Part shown: one piece after another, positions 1-9,766 of the stretch
How positions within the stretch are numbered: the first letter of the stretch is position 1
Layout of the letters: the number at the start of each line of letters is the position of its first letter
Assembly (NCBI GenBank): GCA_018238545.1
Contig: JABCTC010000016.1
Span: 10,950-74,949, forward strand
DNA length: 64,000 nucleotides
Source of the DNA: Candidatus Heimdallarchaeota archaeon
GTDB lineage: Archaea; Asgardarchaeota; Heimdallarchaeia; Heimdallarchaeales; Heimdallarchaeaceae
Direction of reading: 5' to 3'
Notes under the pieces: model-generated
What the model was told of the DNA's origin: nothing
Databases searched by the model: none
Seen by the model: only the letters and a program-made list of their open reading frames with translations
Position numbers and translations under genes: made by a program

Positions 1-1
1 A

Positions 2-490
2 AAGTTAGGATTTGCAGAAATAGGTATTTTCATCAGTCTTGGACCAGTTACTGTTTTCAGTGCATATTACATACAACAAGAGAAATTTTCTCCAATACCA
101 ATTTATGTGTCAATAATAGTAGGACTCCTAATCTCTTTAGTGCTATTTGTTAATCAGTTTCCAGATTACGAGGCAGATAAAGAATCTGGGAGAAGGAATT
201 TTATTGTTTTAGCTGGGAGAGAAATTTCCTCTATAGTATTTATCATTTTCTTGAGTTTAACTTATGTTATTCTTATAATATTAGTAATTCTCCAAATTCT
301 ACCCTACTTGAGCCTTATTGCTTTAGCATCTCTTCTATTTGCTGTGAAAGCTATGATAACAACCAGAAAATATTATGATGACTATTTAGCAATGATTCCA
401 GCTCAAGCTATGACTATACTTACAACCCTAGCTTTTACTGTTCTATTAGCTATTTCCCTATTTGTTGCTGGTGCAGTACGCACGTTATGA
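2..490 (+). CDS. menA: UbiA-family prenyltransferase, MenA-like (5' part lies outside the window)
   Basis: Frame is open from position 2 (KLGFAEIGIFISLGP...). Contains the NQFPDYEADKESGRR motif and several TM helices. Confidence 0.8.
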   Translation, partial: KLGFAEIGIFISLGPVTVFSAYYIQQEKFSPIPIYVSIIVGLLISLVLFVNQFPDYEADKESGRRNFIVLAGREISSIVFIIFLSLTYVILIILVILQILPYLSLIALASLLFAVKAMITTRKYYDDYLAMIPAQAMTILTTLAFTVLLAISLFVAGAVRTL

Positions 491-494
491 AACT

Positions 495-730
495 TGGTCA
501 AACTTGCCAGAGGCGGTCTAACCGTTGTTTAAGTGGGTCCCCTCACGTGCGTTGAGGGGAAGAATCATGAGGATCATGATTGGGGAAGGAAGGAAGGGAG
601 TGCGCATTTACTCCGACAACATTCCTGCCATTGCGCATCGTGCTGTATGGTTCAAGCTTTATTAACTGAGGGACAAGTGTTCAAACACTTGCGAACCATA
701 AATATGGCGAGTTTTCGCCAAGCACTACCC
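495..730 (-). ncRNA. Candidate structured non-coding RNA of unknown family
   Basis: GC-rich intergenic island with 8 or more nested stems. G-U-containing stems work only on the minus strand. TATA box about 25 nt upstream. 3' end uncertain. Confidence 0.6.
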
Positions 731-747
731 ATATATCAGCACTTTCC

Positions 748-755
748 TATATAAA
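748..755 (-). promoter_or_regulatory. Archaeal TATA box (TTTATATA) for the candidate ncRNA
   Basis: Plus-strand tatataaa; the usual ~25 nt spacing puts the start at G730, which is the 5' arm of the closing stem. Confidence 0.5.
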
Positions 756-883
756 CTCGTAGAAAAATGGAAGAAAATTGGAGAGATATTAACCATCACC
801 ACCTCAACATGCAATGAGGGACAACTCAGAGACTTCTGGCAAGATTGAATAAGATTTTAATCATCTGTTGCTTACGGTAAAAA

Positions 884-2155
884 CTATTCCCTTATTCTCT
901 CTTTATTTTTCATAACAATTTTTCCATCTTTGATTATCATATTTGTGTGATTAACCGCATATTGATATGGAAGCGAAGAGACACTAGGTAAATCTAGAAT
1001 CAGAACATCTGCATTCATTCCTAAATCAAGGCTACCAATTTGTTGTTCTCTGTTAAGCGATTTTGCTCCACCATAGGTTGCAGCTAATAGAGCTTCTTCT
1101 GGTAACATCTTCATCATAAAACAACCAAGAGCTACAACAAATTGCATATTTGTTAGATAACAATTAGGGTTAAAATCTGATGATAACGCTACTGTCACCT
1201 CTGCATCTTTAAACATATTATAATTTGCATATTTCTTTGACATTAGAACAAAAGGCGTTCCTGGGAGTAAATTTGCGACTACTCCTGCATCTGCCATAGA
1301 ACGAGCAGAAATTGCTTCTGCTTTTAAGAGATGGTCAGCAGATGTTGCACCAATGGTTGCAGCCATCAATGCGGCTCCGACATTTTCCATCTCGTCTGCA
1401 TGCACCCTTAGCTTGAAGTCGTTATCTAATGCTTCTTTCAGGAAATATTCAGATTCTTCAATTGAAAATGCACCTTGATCTGTCCAAATATCAACATATT
1501 CTGCTAAATTTCTTCTTTTGATTTCCGGCAAAAGAAGTATCATACTTTCAATATATTCCCATTGGTTTCCTATGAAATCTTCAGGTGTAACGTGACATCC
1601 CAAGAAGGTTGGTATAACATCTATTGGATGTTTTTCATTGACTTCATTTATTACTTCGAGGATTTTAATTTCGTCTTCGGCATTTAATCCATATCCAGAT
1701 TTTGCTTCAATTGTTGTAGTACCATGTACGAGCATCTCATCTAGTCGTTCCATAGCAAGTGCTACAAGTTCTTCTTTAGAAGCGGCTCGTGTCTGATTAA
1801 CTGTATAGGATATTCCTCCTCCGCCTTTAGAGATTTCAGAATAAGTCTTTCCTTGAATTTTCAAACTTAGCTCATGTGATCGGTCACCTGCAAAAACCAA
1901 ATGAGTATGAGAATCTACAAAACCAGGACATATAGTTTGTTTTGAACAATCAATTATCTCAAAATCGCTTCTTGTATACTCAGCTAGTATCCGAGAAGAA
2001 TCACCTATGGCTTCTATCACTCCATTACGTATTACTAAACTATCAGGAACTTCATTTGAGTAGATAGGTTCGTATTTCGTAACATTCCCTAGAAAAAGCT
2101 CAGAAGCGCTCGTTAGAATTATACCTTCTTTTTGATTAGAAATCATGATTGTCAT
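884..2155 (-). CDS. hutI: Imidazolonepropionase
   Basis: PGFVDSHTHLVFAG, GTTTIEAKSGYG, HADE, SADHL and SDFNP motifs. Confidence 0.95.
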   Translation of the reverse strand: MTIMISNQKEGIILTSASELFLGNVTKYEPIYSNEVPDSLVIRNGVIEAIGDSSRILAEYTRSDFEIIDCSKQTICPGFVDSHTHLVFAGDRSHELSLKIQGKTYSEISKGGGGISYTVNQTRAASKEELVALAMERLDEMLVHGTTTIEAKSGYGLNAEDEIKILEVINEVNEKHPIDVIPTFLGCHVTPEDFIGNQWEYIESMILLLPEIKRRNLAEYVDIWTDQGAFSIEESEYFLKEALDNDFKLRVHADEMENVGAALMAATIGATSADHLLKAEAISARSMADAGVVANLLPGTPFVLMSKKYANYNMFKDAEVTVALSSDFNPNCYLTNMQFVVALGCFMMKMLPEEALLAATYGGAKSLNREQQIGSLDLGMNADVLILDLPSVSSLPYQYAVNHTNMIIKDGKIVMKNKERIRE

Positions 2156-2265
2156 ATTTTTAAGAAAATGCGTTAATTTAAAGTTTACTTCAAACCATTA
2201 AAAAAAGGAAAATAAAGGAAATGAGTTTTTTATCGTTTACTCATTCAATTAATGCTTTAGAAGTT

Positions 2266-3789
2266 TCAGCCTAAGCTTCCAATTTCTTTTTCAACTTCTT
2301 CTAGAATTTCGCAAGATTTGACCAATTCTTTCATGTTGGTATGATCATCATACAATGGTCTGTCTATATCTAGGAACTCTACATGGCGTCTGATAACCTC
2401 TTTGGCCTTAGTGACACCATCACCGAATTTAAACTCTCGAAAGTCCAAAGCTTGAGCAGCAGCCATAAATTCTATTCCCAAAACACCATACGCATTATCC
2501 ATTATTTGGAAGTTCTTTATAGCTGTATTCATACCCATAGACACAAAATCTTCTTGATCTGCAGCAGCAGGTATTGATTGAATACTTGCAGGCATAGATA
2601 GTATCCTCATTTCAACGATTTGCATATCAGCAGTATATTGACTAAGCATCAACCCCGACATTAAACCTGCTCCTTTTGATAAAAAGGGTGGTAATCCCAC
2701 GCTTAGAGCTGGGTGGTTTAATCTATTCATCCTTCTTTCAGACATTACACAAACCATTGTTATAGCAGCTCCAATCATATCCATAGGTAAACATACAGGA
2801 GTTCCTTGGAAATTGGCACCGGTTATCTGAATGTTCTCATCTGGGAAGAAGACTGGATTATCCCCTACACCGTTCAACTCTATTTCAACCTGAGATCTAG
2901 CCCAGGCTAGAGCATCATGAACTGCACCTAGTACTTGGGGTGCTGAACGCATGGAATATGCATCTTGAACCTTAACTTTAAGTCTCCCTTCATACAAATC
3001 TCCACCCTTGAAAAGTTTGGTTAATGATTTTGCACATCTTACTGCACCTGGAAAACCACGAGCTTCATGTAACAGCGGAGTGTATGGTTTCATATTTCCC
3101 ATTAAAGCTTCAATAGACATTGCACAAGCAATTTCTGCTTGTTTTATGAACCTAAGAGAATCATAAAGGAAGATTGCACTCATAGCTGTAAGAAGATTTG
3201 AACCGTTAATTGCTGCTAAACCATCTCGTGCTTTTAACCCTGGAACTTCAATACCTGCCTTATCCATGGCTTCTTTACCCTCAAGTAATTCACCTTTATA
3301 ATACGCTTTTCCTTCACCCATTAGTAAGAGTGCAATTTGTGACATAGGTGCTAAATCACCAGATGCACCAACAGATCCTTTTTGGCAGACAAATGGAGTT
3401 AGCCCTTTATTTAACATTGCAACTAGTGTTTCAGCAATAATTGGTCTATTTCCTGAATTACCATGGGCTAGAACATTAATTCTACCTAGCATTGCACCAC
3501 GTACATATTCAATAGGTGCTGGATCCCCTATGCCTGCGGCATGGTTATAAATTAGATATTTTTGAAATAAACCAACTTCTTCATCAGTTAGTACAACTTC
3601 GGAAAATTCTCCAATTCCAGTGTTCACACCGTACATAATTTCTCCAGCACTAATTTTTTCTTCTAGCATTGCTCGACATTTTACCATCCTTGCCATTGCA
3701 TCAGGATGTAACTCGACTTTTTCATTATGTCGTGCTACCTTTACAACATCTTCAATTGTTAATTCTGAACCTTTTATAATATAAGTCAT
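2266..3789 (-). CDS. MIO-dependent aromatic amino acid ammonia-lyase (HAL/PAL family), substrate uncertain
   Basis: YGVNTG, GSVGASGDLAP (ASG forms MIO) and QDAYSMR motifs. Specificity motifs (YNH, NFQG, QEDFVS) differ from canonical HAL. Confidence 0.9.
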   Translation of the reverse strand: MTYIIKGSELTIEDVVKVARHNEKVELHPDAMARMVKCRAMLEEKISAGEIMYGVNTGIGEFSEVVLTDEEVGLFQKYLIYNHAAGIGDPAPIEYVRGAMLGRINVLAHGNSGNRPIIAETLVAMLNKGLTPFVCQKGSVGASGDLAPMSQIALLLMGEGKAYYKGELLEGKEAMDKAGIEVPGLKARDGLAAINGSNLLTAMSAIFLYDSLRFIKQAEIACAMSIEALMGNMKPYTPLLHEARGFPGAVRCAKSLTKLFKGGDLYEGRLKVKVQDAYSMRSAPQVLGAVHDALAWARSQVEIELNGVGDNPVFFPDENIQITGANFQGTPVCLPMDMIGAAITMVCVMSERRMNRLNHPALSVGLPPFLSKGAGLMSGLMLSQYTADMQIVEMRILSMPASIQSIPAAADQEDFVSMGMNTAIKNFQIMDNAYGVLGIEFMAAAQALDFREFKFGDGVTKAKEVIRRHVEFLDIDRPLYDDHTNMKELVKSCEILEEVEKEIGSLG

Positions 3790-3969
3790 ATTCTAATCCC
3801 TTGATATGATTTAGAAAGACGATATGTCTTTCATTTAAAATTTTTGTCCATTGGATTTGGATAATTACACGATGGATATATTTGTACACTTTTAGGTTTT
3901 GTATAATTATCCTCAATGTTAGAAAACGTAATGGATAAATAGCACAAAACAAAATGAGTGTAGGTAATA

Positions 3970-5511
3970 ATGGAACATGAAGATATCATTTTAGATGGAG
4001 ATTCTCTTTCAATTAATAGTTTGATTGAAGTTACTAGGTTTGGAAGAAAAGTAAGAATTGGTGAGGAAGCAAAAAAGAGAATTGAAAAAGCAAGAGAGAT
4101 CTTAGAGGATAAGCTTGAGAAGAATGAAACCATGTATGGTATTTCAACAGGTTTTGGAAAACTTTCTGGCACAATTATATCTCCATCAGAAAGAGAAATA
4201 CTTCAAAAGAATATTATTAGATCACATAGTATAGGTTTTGGTCCTTACCTTCCTGATGAAATTGTTTTAGGATCAATGGTTATAGAACTTAATTCCTTCT
4301 GCAAAGGAGGTAGTGGAATTAGATTCAAAACTGTGGAAATGCTCAAGAATCTAATTAACAACAATGTCATACCATTAGTACCCAGTATTGGTTCTCTAGG
4401 AGCTAGCGGTGATTTATCCCCGCTTGCATATATTGCAAGAGTTCTCATAGGAGAGGGGGAGGCAAAATATGAAAACAAAGTGCAAAAGAGTTCTGATATC
4501 CTTTCGAAACTCAAGTTATCACCTATCAAACTACATGCAAAAGAAGGGATTTCGCTAATAAATGGGACACATGTACTAACTTCATTTGCTGCTCATGTTG
4601 TTCTTGATTCAGAAAACATTTTGAAGAATTCTGTACTTGCCATAGGATTAACATTAGAAACTTTTGACGGAAATGTTAATGCATTTTCTTCATTTATTAT
4701 GAATCTTCGTCCTCATAAAGGGCAGATGAGATTTGCCAAATCTGTTCTTAATGTTCTTGCAGGTAGTGATTTGCTTACTAAACAACCTAAAAGAATTCAA
4801 GATCCATATTCAATTAGATGCTCACCTCAAGTCCATGGAGCAATTCTAGATGTAATTGAACATAGTAAAAAACTAGTAGAAATTGAAATCAACTCAACCA
4901 CTGATAACCCCTTGATAGATCAGGCAACATCAGATGTGGTATCTGGGGGGAATTTTCATGGAGAACCAATTGGATTAGCGATGGATTATTTGGCTATAGC
5001 TATGACCGAACTAGGTAACATATCTGAAAGAAGAGTAAACCTCCTATTAGACGCTTCAATATCAGGACTACCTTCTTTTCTTTGTGAAAATCCTGGCTTA
5101 AATTCTGGTTTAATGATGATACAATATGCTGACGCAGCTTTATCGGGAGAAAATAAAATACTTTCATCACCAGCTTCTATAGATAATACCTCTGTATCTG
5201 CAAACCAAGAAGATCATGTTTCAATGGGGTTAACAGCTAGTAAGAAAGCTTACCATTTGGTGAAGAATGTGGCTCAAATGGTTGGGATTGAGATTTATAC
5301 AGCATGTCAAGGTTTAGAGTTTGTGGAAAACAGAACTCTATCAGATATTCTTAGTAATATTTACTCATATATTCGAGAAAAAATACCTCCACTGAAGGAT
5401 GATAAGCTATTTGATGAAGAAGTGTATTGGGTCATAGATCAAATAGAAAACAGATCATTTATCAAAATTGCTGAAAAAAGTATTGGGAGAATCCTTGGTG
5501 ATGTCTTGTGA
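3970..5511 (+). CDS. hutH: Histidine ammonia-lyase
   Basis: YGISTGFG, RSH, GSLGASGDL, GGNFHGEP and SANQEDHVSMG, all typical of HAL. Confidence 0.92.
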   Translation: MEHEDIILDGDSLSINSLIEVTRFGRKVRIGEEAKKRIEKAREILEDKLEKNETMYGISTGFGKLSGTIISPSEREILQKNIIRSHSIGFGPYLPDEIVLGSMVIELNSFCKGGSGIRFKTVEMLKNLINNNVIPLVPSIGSLGASGDLSPLAYIARVLIGEGEAKYENKVQKSSDILSKLKLSPIKLHAKEGISLINGTHVLTSFAAHVVLDSENILKNSVLAIGLTLETFDGNVNAFSSFIMNLRPHKGQMRFAKSVLNVLAGSDLLTKQPKRIQDPYSIRCSPQVHGAILDVIEHSKKLVEIEINSTTDNPLIDQATSDVVSGGNFHGEPIGLAMDYLAIAMTELGNISERRVNLLLDASISGLPSFLCENPGLNSGLMMIQYADAALSGENKILSSPASIDNTSVSANQEDHVSMGLTASKKAYHLVKNVAQMVGIEIYTACQGLEFVENRTLSDILSNIYSYIREKIPPLKDDKLFDEEVYWVIDQIENRSFIKIAEKSIGRILGDVL

Positions 5512-6365
5512 CGATAGCAGTTATTGGAGACATTCACGGTTCACTCAACAATCTAAGTAGACTTATTCCAAAAATCAAACATGCAAAGGCACTTTTTGTT
5601 ACGGGAGATATCACAGGTACGATTTCATACTCTTTAATTGTGAAATCAATACTTGAAACCAAAACCATTTCCCGTGAAAAATATACTGACCTTGTCTATG
5701 GAAAATATAGGGAGAAGTTTGTTAAATTTCAAATTAAATCAGCAGTTAAATTTCTTAAGCTTGTTCGGAAATTGGAGTATCCTGTATTCTTTACGCACGG
5801 AAACAGTGAGACTGAAGAGGTTAGAGAATTTTTCACATCACAATCTAAAGACAATGATAACTTATACTACTTAGGTAATTCCGTTATCAGACATGATGAA
5901 TGGATAATTACTGGATATGGATATTGTTCTCCAGCTGTTTATAGAAAAGCTTTGCAGACACCTGGAGAGAAGGAAAACAATGAAATCATCAAAGAATTGC
6001 AAACTTTGGAAACTAAGTTATTAAGCATTAATTCAGATATTGATTATACTAAATTTGCTTTGTTTCATGAACCTCCATACAATACAAAAGCAGATTATCT
6101 CCCATTTCTGAAAACGCATGGGGGTAGCAAAAATATTCTCGCCCATATTAATCGTGTAAAGTATGATTATGTTTTTGCAGGTCATATTCATGAATCTCAA
6201 GGGTATGAGACTAGGGAAGGATCAACAATCCTGAATCCTGGAGCTTTAGTGAATGCTCAATGGGCTATCTTAAAACTCAAAGAAAAAACCGTGCAATGCA
6301 ACAAATTACTGTCGCTTTTCAATCTGAAGAGTTTCATCTATAATACTCGCCAACATTATCAATGA
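5508..6365 (+). CDS. Calcineurin-like metallophosphoesterase
   Basis: GDIHG, GD, GNSE, HEPP and GHIHE motifs. Start overlaps the hutH stop. Confidence 0.88.
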   Translation: MTIAVIGDIHGSLNNLSRLIPKIKHAKALFVTGDITGTISYSLIVKSILETKTISREKYTDLVYGKYREKFVKFQIKSAVKFLKLVRKLEYPVFFTHGNSETEEVREFFTSQSKDNDNLYYLGNSVIRHDEWIITGYGYCSPAVYRKALQTPGEKENNEIIKELQTLETKLLSINSDIDYTKFALFHEPPYNTKADYLPFLKTHGGSKNILAHINRVKYDYVFAGHIHESQGYETREGSTILNPGALVNAQWAILKLKEKTVQCNKLLSLFNLKSFIYNTRQHYQ

Positions 6366-6434
6366 TGCTACTGGTAAGGTAAAAGAATAAACCACAATAT
6401 TAATAAGGATTTATTTTTACTCAAAAGTAGGTAA

Positions 6435-7586
6435 TTGTTCAGAGTGATGATGATGATACCAGTTGTTGATGTAGATATTAAAGAAAAAGAAGTTCAAGCA
6501 GTTCAAGATGTAGTAAGGAGCAAGTATTTAGTGGAAGGGAAGAATGCGCGTTCCTTTGAACAAAAGTTTTCTGATTTTACGGGAACAAAACATGTTACAA
6601 CTGTAGTTAATGGAACTAGTGCTTTGCACCTAGCGTTGACAGCTTTAGATATTGGTCCAAAAGATGAAGTAATTACAACACCATTTACATTTATAGCATC
6701 TTCAAACTCAATTCTCTTTACTGGAGCAATTCCAGTTTTTGTTGACGTAGATCCTGAAACATATAACATAGACCCTGAGAAAATCGAAAATAGCATTACA
6801 AAAAACACCAAAGCAATAATGCCAGTTCATATCTTCGGAAATCCTTGCGACATGGGCGCTATAAAAGACATAGCTGAGGACAGGAATCTAGTTGTAATAG
6901 AGGATTGTGCTCAGGCACACGGAGCATCTATTGATGGTAAGCATGTTGGTAATTTCAGTGAAGTATCAGGATATTCATTTTATGGAACAAAGAATCTTGT
7001 TGGAGGAGAAGGAGGAGCAGTTACAACAAATAATGAAGAATTATTTGAGAAGATAAAGAGCACAAAAAATCATGGCAGAAGTCCTGCAGGTGGTTATTCA
7101 CACCATTTAATTGGTTACAATTATCGTATGACAGATATGACAGCTGCAATAATGAATGTACAAATGGACAGAGCAAAAGAAATCTTATCAAAAAGACATC
7201 ATAATGGAGATAAATATAGAGAGCTCCTCAAAGATACCGAAGAGATTCAATTACAAAAAATCTTACCAGGAAATCAACACTCAGACTATATAATGGCGCC
7301 TATTATTATGAATGATGGTGTGTCTCAAGAACAGATAATCGAGTATCTTAAGTCAAAGAAGATAGGATCAAGAACAATCTATTCTATATTAGCATATCAA
7401 CAACCATGTTATATGGATTTGTCAAAGTGGGCTTTATCCAGAGTTATCGAGTATCCAGATTATTCCATTGTTAAATGCTCAGTAGCTGAAAACATTGCAA
7501 AACAGCATTTTGAACTACCGATGGTTACTTCCTTGACCGAAGAAAACGTAGATTACATTGCAGAAACCCTTAAACAATACTTTTAA
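6435..7586 (+). CDS. DegT/DnrJ/EryC1/StrS PLP-dependent sugar aminotransferase (true start probably one of the ATGs at 6447-6453)
   Basis: NGTSALH, EDCAQAHG, SFYGTKNL..GEGG and GYNYRM motifs. Confidence 0.93.
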   Translation: MFRVMMMIPVVDVDIKEKEVQAVQDVVRSKYLVEGKNARSFEQKFSDFTGTKHVTTVVNGTSALHLALTALDIGPKDEVITTPFTFIASSNSILFTGAIPVFVDVDPETYNIDPEKIENSITKNTKAIMPVHIFGNPCDMGAIKDIAEDRNLVVIEDCAQAHGASIDGKHVGNFSEVSGYSFYGTKNLVGGEGGAVTTNNEELFEKIKSTKNHGRSPAGGYSHHLIGYNYRMTDMTAAIMNVQMDRAKEILSKRHHNGDKYRELLKDTEEIQLQKILPGNQHSDYIMAPIIMNDGVSQEQIIEYLKSKKIGSRTIYSILAYQQPCYMDLSKWALSRVIEYPDYSIVKCSVAENIAKQHFELPMVTSLTEENVDYIAETLKQYF

Positions 7587-7676
7587 CTTGATCCCCTGAG
7601 CTAGAAGTTCGCACTTTTTTTCTTATAACTGATTAATAGTTCCGAAAACCTTTTTTGAGCAAAAAGATAATTAGGT

Positions 7677-8588
7677 ATGAATAACATGAGTGGTACGAAT
7701 GAGGATGATTTTCCTCTTTATATGTCATCAGTTAACGTAAAAGAAGATAAAAACGTCGAACTAGAGCTAACGTATAGTGGAGAGTATACAGGAATTGACA
7801 ATATTTTTCTTATTGGAAATAAAAATGGTCTTGTATCTGATTTAGGCAAGGCAAAGGTTTTTACAAAAGAAGAGGAACCATTTGTCACTTTCAAAATTAC
7901 TATCCCAATATGGGAAGACGGTAATTTTCAAGCAGTGGTTGAGAAAGAGGGAAAATACATCTATGAGCCAGGAGAAGCTCATAACATAGTATTTAGGGGG
8001 CGCGGTATTTTTCTAGATCTTCGAAAAATATTTCATTTAACTTCGGATGTCAAACCACCAAAAGGTGAAAAAGTATCCAAAAAAGATAAAAAAGCAATAA
8101 AAGCTCAAGAGGAGATTCAAATCGAAGACAGTGGATTACCTCAGGCCTACGATGAAGAAAACATGTTATCACTCATGCCCCGTGACTTCAAAATTTTTGG
8201 TCCAGATATGAAAAACAACATGCTTCAATTGTTAGATTACTTAGCAAATTCAAAATGTAAGCAACTTATTTGTGATAGAGTTATACTCCCAGATATCGCT
8301 AGATCTTTGAAACAATGTATCGCTCAAGAAGGAAGAGCATCCGTTTATGATATCTGTTTTCCAGTCATAATTTTTATTGAAAAAGCATTGATTCTAAGTG
8401 GAATGATACACAAAGAAGTTGTTGATGAAGAGAATCTGCAGAGATATCAAAAAGAAGTTGTCAATAATATTCCTGAAATCGTTAAAAGAATCAAGAATAC
8501 AGAATTTCGTAATTCAACGGATTTAATAAAGAAAGAATATGACGACGATGTTCATGAACTACGAAATAGGTTAAGAGAAGAAATTTAG
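7677..8588 (+). CDS. Hypothetical protein (beta-rich N-terminus, Lys-rich linker, helical C-terminus)
   Basis: 303-aa ORF filling the gap between genes; no family recognised. Confidence 0.7.
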   Translation: MNNMSGTNEDDFPLYMSSVNVKEDKNVELELTYSGEYTGIDNIFLIGNKNGLVSDLGKAKVFTKEEEPFVTFKITIPIWEDGNFQAVVEKEGKYIYEPGEAHNIVFRGRGIFLDLRKIFHLTSDVKPPKGEKVSKKDKKAIKAQEEIQIEDSGLPQAYDEENMLSLMPRDFKIFGPDMKNNMLQLLDYLANSKCKQLICDRVILPDIARSLKQCIAQEGRASVYDICFPVIIFIEKALILSGMIHKEVVDEENLQRYQKEVVNNIPEIVKRIKNTEFRNSTDLIKKEYDDDVHELRNRLREEI

Positions 8589-9709
8589 TTTACTTGAACA
8601 TATATTTTCTTCAATTTATATTGATGATAACCAATCAGTACTCTAATGAAACCATTCTTGATATTCTCAAAAGTTACAGGTTGTTCCAAATCGATTTCAA
8701 GCTTATCAATAGTTGTTAATTTCTGCTCTGAAGAGACGACGATTAATTGAAACATTGAAACTCTATTTAGAACTCTTGAACTAATTTGTTGATTACCTCG
8801 TCCTAATAGAAAACCTTGACCTCCAATAGGTGTCAGTATAACTTTTACTTCTTTTTCAACAGTAATCTTGTGCAATTGCTCTTCATTAACATCTCTGTGT
8901 TTTATTTTACCATCTATAAGTACATCAATGCCTAGTAATGTTTTCTCAATATCGATGGCTTTCATAATATGGTATACTGTACTTCCTGTACCCAATATTA
9001 CTATACCCTTGAGAATATCATATTCATTAACTAATTCTTCGAAAAGAGGATAAAAATCTTCGATAACTCCTCCAGAAGAAGAAATTTTTCCTCCTTGAAT
9101 TAAGCCTGTTTTTTGAGGAACAATTAATTGACCAAAAAGAGAAGATTGTACCCTATTCTCCCTGAACAATTCTTCGTTTACATCCATAACATCTTCTGGA
9201 GCTAGAACGAGCTCTTCATGAACCATTTCATCAAGAATCTCTCCCAAATCGTTTGGTCTATACAAAAAACAACCACTAAACATCTTTACACCAGAAGGGA
9301 TTCCCAAGGCAGGAATTTGATCTCCAACTACGGAAGCAACATCTCTAGCTGTTCCATCTCCACCAACAAAAAGGATTAAATCTAAATCTAACTTCAAAAA
9401 CGCCTTACAAGCTTCTTGTGTGTCATTTGCGGTTGTTCGTTGTTTGGAAGGATTGAACACAAGTTCGCTCTTGAAATCATAGTTGGAAAGAATAGATTTG
9501 CCCATTGGATCATCACAATAATAGAAGGATATAGGAAGAGACGAGTCTATTGAGTCTAAAGCTTGTTCCACTCTTTCAAAAGCGTAAGTTTCGCCACTTT
9601 CAAAGAATCCCCAAGCTTCTTGAATAAGATCAGTGCCTTTCCAAGCCTTTTTTCCACCAAGACCAGCAATAGGATTAATAATAAAACCAATTTTAAGCAT
9701 TAGGAACAA
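8585..9709 (-). CDS. ATP-NAD kinase/AcoX family protein
   Basis: GFIINPIAGLGG, GGDGTARD, GIPSGVKMFS and GGQGFLLGRGNQQ motifs. Confidence 0.9.
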   Translation of the reverse strand: MFLMLKIGFIINPIAGLGGKKAWKGTDLIQEAWGFFESGETYAFERVEQALDSIDSSLPISFYYCDDPMGKSILSNYDFKSELVFNPSKQRTTANDTQEACKAFLKLDLDLILFVGGDGTARDVASVVGDQIPALGIPSGVKMFSGCFLYRPNDLGEILDEMVHEELVLAPEDVMDVNEELFRENRVQSSLFGQLIVPQKTGLIQGGKISSSGGVIEDFYPLFEELVNEYDILKGIVILGTGSTVYHIMKAIDIEKTLLGIDVLIDGKIKHRDVNEEQLHKITVEKEVKVILTPIGGQGFLLGRGNQQISSRVLNRVSMFQLIVVSSEQKLTTIDKLEIDLEQPVTFENIKNGFIRVLIGYHQYKLKKIYVQVN

Positions 9710-9766
9710 AATATTTCAGTAGTTAGATTAAACTTTCTATTGAGCATTAAGAAAGTGTTAAATTTT

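Noticed and set aside
495-750. RNase P, SRP RNA or tRNA identity for the structured island
   Set aside because: AGGAAAGUG on the minus strand lacks the UCC and a matching P4/CR-V partner. No SRP helix-8 motif, T-loop or cloverleaf was found.
533-754. 73-aa ORF in the track
   Set aside because: GTG start with no SD and a non-protein-like sequence; the region is better explained by dense RNA stems.
826-834. TCAGAGACT resembling the group I intron R element
   Set aside because: No S element or P7 partner and no interrupted host gene.
3752-4529. Short antisense or overlapping ORFs here and elsewhere in the track (e.g. 24696-25100, 58160-58681)
   Set aside because: Shadow frames of well-supported genes, with no motifs or SD.
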